A stretch of 32,927 nucleotides of DNA from Leptolyngbyaceae cyanobacterium CSSed165cm_216. GTDB lineage: Bacteria; Cyanobacteriota; Cyanobacteriia; Phormidesmidales; Phormidesmidaceae. The notes under the pieces were generated by a model. The model ran no database searches. It was not told the DNA's origin and was given only the letters and a program-made list of their open reading frames with translations. The stretch spans positions 1 through 32,927 of the forward strand of contig SLIY01000466.1 of the NCBI GenBank assembly GCA_007135385.1. Reading direction: 5' to 3'. Within the stretch, counting starts at the first letter, position 1. Every line of letters begins with the position of its first letter. The translations under genes and the position numbers were made by a program. Shown one piece after another: positions 1 through 8,909 of the stretch.

Positions 1-150
1 AAAATACGAATCAAACACAGAAGATTCATTGGTTAAAGGGCTCTGACATTCTCCAGCCCCGGTCAAAGCAAACATAATAGACCTAGGATGAGCTGACCTT
101 TAGCCTTCTGCCTATTGTTGCGTTGTTCCAGGTTCAGACCTGGGGTAGTT

Positions 151-1128
151 ATGACCTTCCGTTCCCTTGTTTCGATGGCTGTGGCGCTGGCCGGACTGGT
201 CACTGCAGTACCGTCTGCCCAAGCCGAGGTACCGTTCACCCGAGCCCGGGTTAACTTCAGTACCAATCAGGTACACCTAGCGTCTGTGGCAGGGAATGTG
301 CGTCCGGCGGTAGCCGCTGAGTGCCTTTGCCCCGGGGATCGGATCACAACCAACGTCGCCGCCAAAGCTGAGTTGCTGTTTAATGACGGTTCCCTAGTCC
401 GCATGGGGGAACAGAGTAGCTTACACTTTTGGCCCCAAACCCGTCAGCTGCGATTAAGCCAGGGCACAACCGCCTTATTTGTGCCCCCCGATCAGGGGCG
501 CACCACCATTCATACCGCTAACGCCATCGTCGGTTTGCAGAATGCAGCGGTGGTGGTCCGTTATGTGCCCGAGCGCAATCTGACGCTGGTGATGGCCTTA
601 ACCAGCGCCAGTGCCGGGCCCATATCCTTGAGCACAAACGATCACAGTCAGGATATAGCCCTTTGGGGTGGTCAGATGGCCTTGGTGAACGGTACCGATA
701 TCGAGGTGGCCGAGTTCGACCTGCAGGGGGTTTATCAAACCAGCCGTCTGGTTCTCGGTCTGAACATTCCAGATTCTCAGCCTCTGACCGGTCAACCCCA
801 TGACCCAATTGAGACCCTGCGCCCCCATTTGCTGAGAGCTCTGGCCCAACAGTCCCCCTTTGATGGCCCTAGCGCCATTATTGATCCGGACTTAATTGGT
901 CGGCCTACCCGATCCTTAGAAGCGGCTGCTCCAGAGCCCGTCGGCCTCGAAACCGGTGCCCCATTGCCCTCCGAAGAGAACTGGCTGCCTGCCACCACCG
1001 CAACTCCCCCGGGGGTGGTTACCCCCTTGTCAGGAGCAGAGCCTGCAGGGGCTCCGACGGTTGAAACCAGTGGAGATATGACTGTCCCTGGGGCAGGCTT
1101 GGTAGAGCCAGAAGCAGGCGTGCTGTGA
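151..1128 (+). CDS. Secreted FecR-domain protein with Pro-rich low-complexity C-terminal tail
   Basis: Signal-peptide-like N-terminus (MTFRSLVSMAVALAGLVTAVPSAQA). FecR-type signature 'GDRITT...AELLFNDGSLVRMGEQS...LRLSQG...TIHTANAIVG'. ATG at 151 preferred over the TTG at 115. Confidence 0.75.
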   Translation: MTFRSLVSMAVALAGLVTAVPSAQAEVPFTRARVNFSTNQVHLASVAGNVRPAVAAECLCPGDRITTNVAAKAELLFNDGSLVRMGEQSSLHFWPQTRQLRLSQGTTALFVPPDQGRTTIHTANAIVGLQNAAVVVRYVPERNLTLVMALTSASAGPISLSTNDHSQDIALWGGQMALVNGTDIEVAEFDLQGVYQTSRLVLGLNIPDSQPLTGQPHDPIETLRPHLLRALAQQSPFDGPSAIIDPDLIGRPTRSLEAAAPEPVGLETGAPLPSEENWLPATTATPPGVVTPLSGAEPAGAPTVETSGDMTVPGAGLVEPEAGVL

Positions 1129-1139
1129 ATAAACCAAAT

Positions 1140-1198
1140 CCAAGTCCAGACCTGGAGTTCTGCCTGTGGGAAAACTCTAGATCTCGAGCTGGACTTGG
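1140..1198. terminator. Long imperfect stem-loop downstream of the FecR-like gene
   Basis: CCAAGTCCAG (1140-1149) pairs with CTGGACTTGG (1189-1198). Inner AGACCTGGAGTT / AACTCTAGATCT also pair with 2 mismatches. No clear U-tract. Confidence 0.4.
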
Positions 1199-1254
1199 TA
1201 TAGGGCGATCAATGTTAGTAGGATTGGAGGGGTTTACAGCAGCATAGGGACAGT

Positions 1255-2433
1255 ATGGGGCAGGCGAGGGATGACAACACGCCACCGACCATTCAGCGAG
1301 TGGGGGTGATTGGTGGTGGTCAATTGGCTTGGATGATGGCACCTGGGGCTACAGCCTTAGGGTTGCAGTTGGCCGTGCAGACCCCTCACCCAGAGGATCC
1401 AGCGGCGGCGATCGCCCAGCACACCATTTTGGCCCCGATAACGGACGTCGACGCGACTGCGGTTCTAGCCGGCCAGTGCGATGTGATTACCTTTGAAAAT
1501 GAGTTTATTGACTGTGACGGGTTGCAACCGCTGGTTAAGCAAGGAACGATTTTTCGGCCTGGGCTTGAGCTCATGACCCTGGTGCTCGACAAGCTCGATC
1601 AGCGACAATTTTTTCAGCAGATGGGGCTGCTTAACCCCCGCTACGTTGCCCTAGAGGGGGGAGAAGCGCCAGAGGTGCTGCTGGCCAAAGCCCAGCCGGT
1701 GGGGTTTCCCCTGGTGATGAAAACCCGTCGCTTAGGCTATGACGGCTATGGCACGTTTGTGGTGGCTGACCCATCTCAACTAACAGCCGTCTGGCACACC
1801 AGCGGTCGAGCTCCAGTGCTGCTGGAGGAGTTTGTGCCGTTTAAGCAAGAATTGGCGATTGTGGCGGCCCGTTCCGCCAGGGGAGAGGTGGCCATTTACC
1901 CGGCGGTAGAAACCCAACAGGTGAATCAGATTTGTCGTCGGGTGGTGGCCCCGGCCCGGGTGAGCCCGGCGGTGATGGCAAGCATGGCTACCCTGGCCCA
2001 CACCCTCGTGAATGGCTTAGACCTGGTAGGAGTGATGGCGGTTGAATGTTTCCTGACCAAGGACGACCAGGTGCTGATTAACGAAATTGCCCCCCGCACC
2101 CACAATTCCGGCCATTACACCCTGGATGCCTGCGTCACATCCCAATTTGAGCAGCAGTTACGGGCCATTAGCGATCGCCCCTTGGGTCCCACCGATCTCA
2201 CCTGTGCCCAGGCGATTATGGTTAACCTGTTAGGGCTAGAGGCCTCCGGCGCTACCCACCAGGAGCGCCTGGCCGCCCTGAAGGCTATCCCCCAAGCCCA
2301 GGTGTACTGGTATGGGAAAAGCCCGCGCCCTGGCCGTAAGCTGGGTCATGTCACCCAATGCCTTGGGGCCGACGCCGATCCCGCCGGGGTGGCTGCCGCC
2401 ATCGAAGGGATTTGGTATGGTGCTGAAACCTGA
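1255..2433 (+). CDS. purK: N5-carboxyaminoimidazole ribonucleotide synthase (ATP-grasp)
   Basis: Motifs VIGGGQLAWMM, TFENEF, GYDGYG, NEIAPRTHNSGH, RKLGHV. Confidence 0.96.
   Translation: MGQARDDNTPPTIQRVGVIGGGQLAWMMAPGATALGLQLAVQTPHPEDPAAAIAQHTILAPITDVDATAVLAGQCDVITFENEFIDCDGLQPLVKQGTIFRPGLELMTLVLDKLDQRQFFQQMGLLNPRYVALEGGEAPEVLLAKAQPVGFPLVMKTRRLGYDGYGTFVVADPSQLTAVWHTSGRAPVLLEEFVPFKQELAIVAARSARGEVAIYPAVETQQVNQICRRVVAPARVSPAVMASMATLAHTLVNGLDLVGVMAVECFLTKDDQVLINEIAPRTHNSGHYTLDACVTSQFEQQLRAISDRPLGPTDLTCAQAIMVNLLGLEASGATHQERLAALKAIPQAQVYWYGKSPRPGRKLGHVTQCLGADADPAGVAAAIEGIWYGAET
1408..1415. repeat. HIP1 octamer (one example of dozens across the window)
   Basis: GCGATCGC recurs in most coding regions; a hallmark of cyanobacterial chromosomes. 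Confidence 0.95.
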
Positions 2434-2437
2434 TATC

Positions 2438-2479
2438 CCAGGGCAGACACCCCAGGCAGATACATCGGTCTGCCCTTAC
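2438..2479 (-). repeat. Short REP-like palindrome (GTAG/GTAA-tagged), preceded by a partial copy
   Basis: AGGCAGATACATCGGTCTGCCCTTAC (2454-2479) resembles 6752-6778 and 6941-6968. Partial arm CCAGGGCAGACA at 2438-2449. Confidence 0.7.
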
Positions 2480-2516
2480 GATCTTGGCACCCAAAACCGA
2501 ACCCCTAAAACCCTCC

Positions 2517-3044
2517 ATGCCCTACCCCCTCAGCCAACTCAACCCCATGTCCCAGGCCGAGTTTGTAGAGGCGATTGGCCCTGCCTTTGAAGCTACCCCG
2601 GCGATCGCCGCCCAGGTCTGGCACCAACGCCCCTTTGCCTCGGTGGCCGATTTGCACCAGCGGATGGTGGCCATTGTGCGATCGCTGTCCCCGGAGGATA
2701 AACTGGCCCTGATCAAGGCCCACCCCGATCTCGGGGCTCGGGTGGCCATGGCCGATGCCTCTGTGGCAGAGCAGAGTAAAGCGGGTCTAACGGACCTGAG
2801 TGCGGCTGAATATGAGCGGTTTCAAAGCCTAAATCAGCGTTACAAAGACACCTTTGGCTTTCCGTTTATTCTGGCGGTGGCAGGCCATACCAAAGCCTCG
2901 ATTCTAGAAAACTTCGCCCAGCGGGTGAATAATCCTGTCGAGGTAGAAATGGCCACGGCCCTGGGCCAAATTGAGGCGATCGCCCGCCTCCGCCTAGACT
3001 CCTGGATTGAGGACTCTAGTAAAAGGCAGACAGATGAAGGCTGA
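2517..3044 (+). CDS. uraD: OHCU decarboxylase (2-oxo-4-hydroxy-4-carboxy-5-ureidoimidazoline decarboxylase)
   Basis: Motifs 'LIKAHPDLG', 'SVAEQSKAGL', 'LNQRYKDTFGFPFILAV', 'IARLRL'. ATG at 2517 preferred over the TTG at 2484. Confidence 0.93.
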   Translation: MPYPLSQLNPMSQAEFVEAIGPAFEATPAIAAQVWHQRPFASVADLHQRMVAIVRSLSPEDKLALIKAHPDLGARVAMADASVAEQSKAGLTDLSAAEYERFQSLNQRYKDTFGFPFILAVAGHTKASILENFAQRVNNPVEVEMATALGQIEAIARLRLDSWIEDSSKRQTDEG

Positions 3045-3050
3045 TGGCCT

Positions 3051-3069
3051 ATGTATACATCATATACAT
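3051..3069 (+). promoter_or_regulatory. Putative autoregulatory operator of the RHH gene
   Basis: Perfect palindrome ATGTATACAT (3051-3060) followed by a second TATACAT half-site, 30-50 nt upstream of the GTG start. Confidence 0.45.
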
Positions 3070-3100
3070 CCGCCACACTAGGATAGACGGAGGGCTTCCT

Positions 3101-3439
3101 GTGTCTCAAAGTGAAGTGGTTACCGTCAGGCTCAGCCCTGAACTGAAAGTCAAGCTCGATGCTCTGGCTGCCAGCACCAAGCGCAGCAAGTCATGGCTGG
3201 TTGCCGAGGCGATTGCCCAGTATGTCGAGCAGGAAGCCTGGCAAAGCGAGCAAATCGAAGCAGCTGTCCTCCTAGCTGATAGCCCGGCAGCCGAGTGGGT
3301 TGAAACCCTAGAATCTTTCGGTATCAACCGTACAGCCATGCATACCGGTTGGGGAAGAGCGCTGGGCCAGGTTTATGACCAGGTTATTGATTCAGTTCTC
3401 GCGCTTCAGAACCTAATTCCAATGACTGACCAAGAGTAA
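3101..3439 (+). CDS. CopG/ribbon-helix-helix protein, RelB/ParD-like antitoxin with an atypical C-terminus
   Basis: 'VVTVRLSPELKVKLDALAASTKRSKSWLVAEAIAQYVEQEAWQ' is a typical RHH antitoxin N-terminus. GGAGG lies just upstream of GTG 3101. Confidence 0.75.
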   Translation: MSQSEVVTVRLSPELKVKLDALAASTKRSKSWLVAEAIAQYVEQEAWQSEQIEAAVLLADSPAAEWVETLESFGINRTAMHTGWGRALGQVYDQVIDSVLALQNLIPMTDQE

Positions 3440-3668
3440 GTTGCTTCAGAAGGATGAATGGCATGCTTGCTACACATTTAGGTTGTTGCTACCTATTTTT
3501 GGCAAAGAAATGCTGAAATCTGGATTGCCCTCACCAGGACAAGTTCTAGTGTACTATGCTTTGATTGCTATAGTGCCATTGTCGGCTACCCCTTGGCCTG
3601 CCGTAGGGTGGGACAGCCGCCATCGGGATCGCTTAGCGGCCCTGGAATAGCGGCAAAAGTCCCCTGGG

Positions 3669-6302
3669 CTACACCTCTTCCAGGGCTTCCCGCACGGCTA
3701 CCACGTCCATCGAGAGGTATTCCCCTAGGCGCAAGATGTCGGACATTTGGGTACGACGGGCGGACGTTAAGGCTTGGGTACCTTGGGCCACCTGGTGCAG
3801 TTGGTCAAACACCTGGCGGTGCAGATACTGGTAGTACAGTTCCTGGGGACGCTCTAGGGATAACCCCAGGCAGAGGCGATCGCCCAACGATATCAGCCGC
3901 CCCAGCCAATCTATATCGGCGGCCAGGGCATCGCTGGGTTCATGGCTGAGCAGTTGCCACACCGATCGCCAGATCAGCCCCTCCAGCATGGGCTTGGCAG
4001 CAGGCAGAGTCAGGCGAGCATTGAAGTAGCCGGCCTCGGTGGCGATCGCATCCAGGTCATTTAAGTACTCTTCCCCCTGGCGTAGGGGATTACTACTGGG
4101 ATCGCTAGTCTCCCGTTCCAGGGCATGCAGCACCTCCAGGGTGCGCTGACTGAGGGCGATGTCGGCCGCCACCTGCAACTCTTGGGGCACCGGTAACCCG
4201 TCCCGGTGGAAGGCCCGCAGCACCCCATAATTGTCGCGGTACACCTGGGAGTAGAGCTGGTCTAGCCGCAGCAGGGTGTCCTGGGACAGCAACTGCATCA
4301 TCCGGTGGCGCTCTTCGGCAAACAGGTCCGGTAGCCCATAGGCGCGATCGCCAAAGATGCGATTAATCGCCAGGATGGTTTGGGCGGCACTGGCTTGACC
4401 CAGGCCATCAAACAGCTCGTCTTTGGCCTGGGTGTAATCTAGGCGGGAACGGAAGCTGCCAATGCCACAGTGGAAGTCCCACCCTCCCAGGTGTAAAGCC
4501 CCAAAGGCCAGGGTCAGGGTTTCGCGGGTAATGGTAGAGGTAAGCGTGACCTGGCCCACGGCTAGGGACAGGGGACCCAGGCGCTGGCGACGGTAGTCCT
4601 GCTGCTCTACGGTGTAGCTGTAGAGGCTTTGTTCCCGGCGGTAGTCGCTGAATAGGGAACCCATGGCATAGTGGGCTACCACTTGCTCCGGCGAGACTCG
4701 GCTGGGTTTTACCAGAATCTCGTATACCCCTGCCCCATCTTTAAAGGTAGCTACGTTACTGGGGGCAGCCCGCAGCCGTTCCACAAGCGCCGTTTCCAGG
4801 GCGATCCCAGCCACCTCGCCGGCCAGATCCATAGCCCGGGCAGCATAGCGCAGAATTTGGGTGCCCTCGGGGCGGGAAATTTCGTCGAAGAACCAGCCGC
4901 AACTGGTGTACATCAGCAGGGCGTGGCGCTGCATTTCCAGCAGCTGTAGGGCCGTGGTACGTTCTGTGGCAGAGAGAGGATGGGTCTGGTGGGCGGCAAA
5001 GAAGGTCTTGCGACTGTCGTCACTGCGATCGCCCATCACCGCCACGTAAGCATCTCGAGCCGCCCAGGGATCCTTCAGCAAGGCTGCTGCCTGCGGCTCA
5101 AACACATGACTCAACTGATCCCGCAACCAGTCCAGGCTGTCTCGCAGGGGTCGCCGCCACCGTTGCTGCCACTCACCGCCGCCGCCACAGCCGCAGTCAT
5201 CCTGCCAGCGATCGACCCCGTGGGAACAACTCCAGGCGGTCACCGGCTTCAGTTCGGCCTCCCAGGTGGGTGGGTGAGTGGCCAGGTAGTGGGCATAGTT
5301 GGTCACCGTCCAACCCTGGCGAGGAAATTCCTCGGTCAGGGCATAGGCCAGGGCTTTTTCTGCCCCGCCCCGGTGATGGCCAAAGGTTTCCCCATCGGTG
5401 GCCACCGAAATCAGCTGGAAGGGGCGGTGATCCCCATGGATGGCCTGGGCAATCCGGCCCGCGAAGTGCTGGGATGAACTGAGCACATCGTTAAAGCCCA
5501 TATCCCGCGAGATCGGACCATCATAGAAGAAAATATCAATGTAGCGGCTAGGGTCAGGGCTGCCGTCGGCGTGTTTCAAGAAACAACGGTAGGGGCGGCT
5601 GGGGTCGATCTGGCCACCCCCCACCTCATGCCAGTCTCCTCGCTGGCCATTGGTGGTGACTAGGGGGCGGCAGCGCTGCACCTGGGAGGGGGCCAGCACG
5701 GTAAACTTGATCCCCTCTTGTACCAGCACCTCTAGGGTGGGGTAGTCCACCGCCGTTTCCGCTAGCCAGATGCCCTCGGGATCACGGTCAAACCGGCGTT
5801 TAAAGTCAGTGATCCCCCAGCGCACCTGGGTGACCTTATCCCGCTGGTTAGCGAGGGGCAAAATGATGTGGTTATAGACCTGGGCGATCGCATTACCGTG
5901 CCCATTCAACCGCTGGCAACTGTTGCGATCGGCGTCCAGGATGCGCTGGTAGGTTTCTAGGTCGTAACGTTCCATCCAGCTCAACAGGGTGGGACCCAGG
6001 TTAAAGCTGATGTACTCAAAGGTGTTGACAATGCGAACCACCTCACCGCGATCGTTGAGGATGCGGGCGTAGGCGTTGGGCCGATAGCATTCGTGGTGGA
6101 TGCGCTCGTTCCAGTCGTGGAAGGGAGCTGCCCCCGGCTGCTTTTCGATCGCATCTAGGTAGGGGTTTTCCCGAGGGGGCTGGTAAAAATGCCCGTGGAC
6201 ACAGACAAAAATCCCCGTACTAACAGCGGGGATCAAGCCATCGTGGGTACTGTGAGACCCAGGAGTCTGGTGCAGCACAGTTTGCTGGGTTGTATCAGCC
6301 AT
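3669..6302 (-). CDS. Glycoside hydrolase family 57 protein with C-terminal DUF3536 (probably alpha-glucan metabolism)
   Basis: GH57 regions HGHFYQPPRENP, WLAE (nucleophile), DGETFGHH (acid/base), WSCSHGVDRW, MYTSCGWFFDE. ATG at 6302 preferred. Confidence 0.88.
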   Translation of the reverse strand: MADTTQQTVLHQTPGSHSTHDGLIPAVSTGIFVCVHGHFYQPPRENPYLDAIEKQPGAAPFHDWNERIHHECYRPNAYARILNDRGEVVRIVNTFEYISFNLGPTLLSWMERYDLETYQRILDADRNSCQRLNGHGNAIAQVYNHIILPLANQRDKVTQVRWGITDFKRRFDRDPEGIWLAETAVDYPTLEVLVQEGIKFTVLAPSQVQRCRPLVTTNGQRGDWHEVGGGQIDPSRPYRCFLKHADGSPDPSRYIDIFFYDGPISRDMGFNDVLSSSQHFAGRIAQAIHGDHRPFQLISVATDGETFGHHRGGAEKALAYALTEEFPRQGWTVTNYAHYLATHPPTWEAELKPVTAWSCSHGVDRWQDDCGCGGGGEWQQRWRRPLRDSLDWLRDQLSHVFEPQAAALLKDPWAARDAYVAVMGDRSDDSRKTFFAAHQTHPLSATERTTALQLLEMQRHALLMYTSCGWFFDEISRPEGTQILRYAARAMDLAGEVAGIALETALVERLRAAPSNVATFKDGAGVYEILVKPSRVSPEQVVAHYAMGSLFSDYRREQSLYSYTVEQQDYRRQRLGPLSLAVGQVTLTSTITRETLTLAFGALHLGGWDFHCGIGSFRSRLDYTQAKDELFDGLGQASAAQTILAINRIFGDRAYGLPDLFAEERHRMMQLLSQDTLLRLDQLYSQVYRDNYGVLRAFHRDGLPVPQELQVAADIALSQRTLEVLHALERETSDPSSNPLRQGEEYLNDLDAIATEAGYFNARLTLPAAKPMLEGLIWRSVWQLLSHEPSDALAADIDWLGRLISLGDRLCLGLSLERPQELYYQYLHRQVFDQLHQVAQGTQALTSARRTQMSDILRLGEYLSMDVVAVREALEEV

Positions 6303-6737
6303 AGATTGAGGTAATAAAATCAATACAGTGAGCTGGGGATCAAGGTCAGCAGGACTTCTATAGTTGAATGGTTTCGTGCGATCCAGTGATCCCCGGGAGC
6401 GATCCCCGCAGAACCTTAGCCTTGGGCTAAGGCTATATCGATGAAAAAACTTTGGGGTAGACCAGAGGGTGGCGTGATAGGTCACGGGTCTGATGATGCC
6501 GGACCCTGTCAGTCGCTGGGATAATCGAATCGATGATTATCGACTTGAAAACTAGCTAGATTTTAACCTGTTTCCCTCTCGGCACCAAAAACGCTTAACC
6601 TCTATTGATAATAGGCTGACTCAGCCTGCCCCCGCCACCTATCGAACAAAGCCGCTCCATCGGTCAACGCGCTGCTGTGCGCCTGTTTCGCCAACGCATT
6701 CACCATCTGATCGATCACAACGCTTAACCCCACTCCG

Positions 6738-6778
6738 CCAGGGCAGACAGAAGGGCGGACACATTGGTCTGCCCCTAC
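6738..6778 (-). repeat. Short GTAG-tagged REP-like palindrome, preceded by a partial copy
   Basis: Minus strand reads GTAG-GGGCAGAC-CAATGT-GTCCGCCC. Partial arm CCAGGGCAGACA at 6738-6749. Confidence 0.75.
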
Positions 6779-6846
6779 GGCATGTGTTTATTCACCGATG
6801 CCCTCGCGTTACCATTCTACGTCCGGGCAGAAACTAACTCCCCAGT

Positions 6847-6914
6847 CGTGGGTTACGGCGGTGACCAGAGTGAAGTGTTGATAGCCCAACCCCCGATCGC
6901 CTAACCCACGCTAC
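6847..6914 (-). repeat. 68-nt GTAG-tagged bulged hairpin element, copy A
   Basis: Minus strand: GTAG-CGTGGGTTA-GGCG-[37 nt]-CGCC-G-TAACCCACG. Arms identical to those at 32807-32874. Confidence 0.85.
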
Positions 6915-6940
6915 ACCCCCCTCAAAATTCTCCACGCACC

Positions 6941-6968
6941 AGGGCGGACACATCGGTACTGCCCCTAC
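6941..6968 (-). repeat. Short GTAG-tagged REP-like palindrome
   Basis: AGGGCGGACACATCGGTACTGCCCCTAC is nearly identical to 6752-6778. Confidence 0.75.
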
Positions 6969-6973
6969 ACCAC

Positions 6974-7026
6974 CTCAAAACTCAAAACTCAAAATTCTCC
7001 ATCACTCCATCACTCCATCACTCCCC
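6974..7026 (+). repeat. STRR-like short tandem repeats (CTCAAAA x3, then CCATCACT x3)
   Basis: Directly visible. The last octamer overlaps the kinase stop codon at 7018. Confidence 0.8.
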
Positions 7027-8376
7027 CACCCCCGGCAATACCACCGTCACCCTTGTCCCCTCGCCAGGCTGGCTGGCTATACTAATCTGGCCCCGATGGG
7101 TATCGACAATGGCTTTGGCGATCGCCAACCCCAGCCCCGTGCCTTTATCTCCCTGACGCAGGCGGGCTGGGTCGGCCCGGTAGAAGCGGTCAAACACATG
7201 GGTCAGGGCCGCTTCATCTAGGCCGATGCCGGTATCAGCTACTGTCACCTGCACCCAGTTGTGCCCCTGCTGCTTGATTTTCTGAGGGGTAATGGTGACC
7301 TGGCCTTGGTCAGGGGTGTACTGTACCGCATTGCTCACCAGGTTGGTAAACAGGCGGGTGAGCTGCCCCGAGTCCCCCTGCACCATCAGCGGGGTGGGTT
7401 GGGCCGTTTCCCCTTTGCCACCGACGACCTGGGGGGCTAAGGTCAGGGTGATGGCGCGATCGCGGGCCATCACCTGCTGTTCTTCTGTAACATCCTTGAG
7501 TAACTGTTCCACATCCACCCGATCTAGGGTGAGGGGTATCAGCCCACTGTCTTGGCGGGCCAAAAACAGCAGGTCATCCACCAGTCGCCCCAGCCGCCGG
7601 GTCAGCCGCTCGATCACCAGCAGTTGTTGTTGCTGGAAATCCAGATCAGGGTTGGGGTCCGCCAGGGCCACCTGGGCATTGGTTTGGATCACCGCGATCG
7701 GATTGCGCAACTCGTGGGAGGCATCCGCCGTAAACTGCTTTAGCTGCTGGTACGAGTCCCGCACCGGGGCCATGGCGATCCCTGACAGCAGCCAACCAAT
7801 GGCGGCCACTACCCCTACCATTAGGCTAGTACCTAGGGCTAGATCCACGATTAAGCGCCGACTGGGTTTGGTTACCTCAAACCAGGGATGGCTGACTCGC
7901 AAGTAGCCCAGCACCTGCCCGTTCGCTTGCACCCGCTGGGTAATTTGGCGAAACACTCCTTCTGGACTGACCCGCACGGTTTCCCCGGCCGGGTTCACAT
8001 GTAGGGGCACGGGTAGCGTATCCGATAAGGTGGACCACAACAGTTGTCCAGAGGGGCTAAACCATTCCAGGTCAATGTGGTCGTCTTCCACCGCCCGGGT
8101 GTTATCTCGAAAGCTGGCCTCCACATTCACCTGTAGGGGGGGCGTATCTGCCGCTAAGCGGGTCCCCTCTGGGGTCAATACTCGTGGCCTCGCCATACTG
8201 GGTTCAATCACCAGGGACCGCTCGACAATTTCCACCACATGGTTCAGGGTGTCATCCACCCGCTCCACTAAGGTGGTGCGCACGTACAGGTAAAAGCCGC
8301 TGGCGAATAGCAGCAGCAGTACCGCTGTGACGGCCGTGTACCACAGGGCCAAACGTTGTCGGGTAGCCTGAAACAT
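7018..8376 (-). CDS. Membrane-bound two-component sensor histidine kinase (2 TM, periplasmic domain, HisKA, HATPase)
   Basis: H-box ADASHELRNP, N-box LVSNAVQY, G1 DTGIG, F-box FDRFYR, G2 GTGLGL, and two hydrophobic segments. Confidence 0.93.
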   Translation of the reverse strand: MFQATRQRLALWYTAVTAVLLLLFASGFYLYVRTTLVERVDDTLNHVVEIVERSLVIEPSMARPRVLTPEGTRLAADTPPLQVNVEASFRDNTRAVEDDHIDLEWFSPSGQLLWSTLSDTLPVPLHVNPAGETVRVSPEGVFRQITQRVQANGQVLGYLRVSHPWFEVTKPSRRLIVDLALGTSLMVGVVAAIGWLLSGIAMAPVRDSYQQLKQFTADASHELRNPIAVIQTNAQVALADPNPDLDFQQQQLLVIERLTRRLGRLVDDLLFLARQDSGLIPLTLDRVDVEQLLKDVTEEQQVMARDRAITLTLAPQVVGGKGETAQPTPLMVQGDSGQLTRLFTNLVSNAVQYTPDQGQVTITPQKIKQQGHNWVQVTVADTGIGLDEAALTHVFDRFYRADPARLRQGDKGTGLGLAIAKAIVDTHRGQISIASQPGEGTRVTVVLPGVGE

Positions 8377-8382
8377 AGCGCA

Positions 8383-8865
8383 CTAGGGCTGGGCTAAAAA
8401 CTGCTCGATCATCTCTTTCGCCGGTTCAACCATAGCCCAGGTACCATCAGCCTGACGGCGAAGGGTGGCAAAGGCGACAATATCCCCCTGGCCTACAGTA
8501 TCCCCTTGATGGCGATCGCCCAAGCGGGTTTGCCGCAAACCGCAGAAGCGAAAAAGATAGGCGGGCACCTCAGGACTAGAGACAACCACACAGTCATCGC
8601 CATGACCGCTGGCCGCCTGGACTTGGCCGGCAAAGGGCATATACAGACGGTTGCCCCTGATATCAAGGGCCACATCCCCTAGACCACTATGTACCTGGTA
8701 ATTAGCGATGCGATCACCCGGTTGCAGGCTCCAATCTTGGTACAAATTAATATGACGAGGGGCTGGGCCGTCCCTAGCCCCACTACAGGCACCCAGGCCA
8801 GCTAACAATCCCAGCAGGCCCAGCCCCTTGATCCAACCCCGAAGCGTCTCGCGTCTGTACAGCAA
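8383..8865 (-). CDS. Hypothetical lipoprotein, possibly a degenerate M23/LytM-like fold
   Basis: Basic N-terminus, hydrophobic stretch and lipobox LGAC. Ends 6 nt before the kinase start. Start codon uncertain. Confidence 0.7.
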   Translation of the reverse strand: MLYRRETLRGWIKGLGLLGLLAGLGACSGARDGPAPRHINLYQDWSLQPGDRIANYQVHSGLGDVALDIRGNRLYMPFAGQVQAASGHGDDCVVVSSPEVPAYLFRFCGLRQTRLGDRHQGDTVGQGDIVAFATLRRQADGTWAMVEPAKEMIEQFLAQP

Positions 8866-8909
8866 TACGTCTGACCTAAAGTTCTTGTGTACTAGTCACA
8901 GCATTGATT

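Noticed and set aside
3441-3650. 69-aa ORF as the missing toxin
   Set aside because: TTG start, no RBS and no recognisable toxin motif; probably spurious.
6562-6601. Pho box (TTTAACCT / CTTAACCT)
   Set aside because: The half-sites are 32 nt apart rather than in 11-nt tandem.
6600-6735. Possible small gene or pseudogene fragment
   Set aside because: Manual translation gave only short frames with no good start or recognisable motif.
6847-6914. Integron attC site (hairpin with an extrahelical base)
   Set aside because: No RYYYAAC/GTTRRRY terminal boxes, no cassette array and no integrase; the GTAG tag fits REP better.
7292-7906. Long antisense or overlapping ORFs (this one, 4980-5477, 27494-27961 and others)
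   Set aside because: Shadow frames of confidently assigned genes in GC-rich DNA, with no independent coding evidence.
8886-8900. CRP (SyCRP1) site TGTGT-ACTAG-TCACA
   Set aside because: The spacer is 5 nt rather than 6, and one half-site is mismatched.
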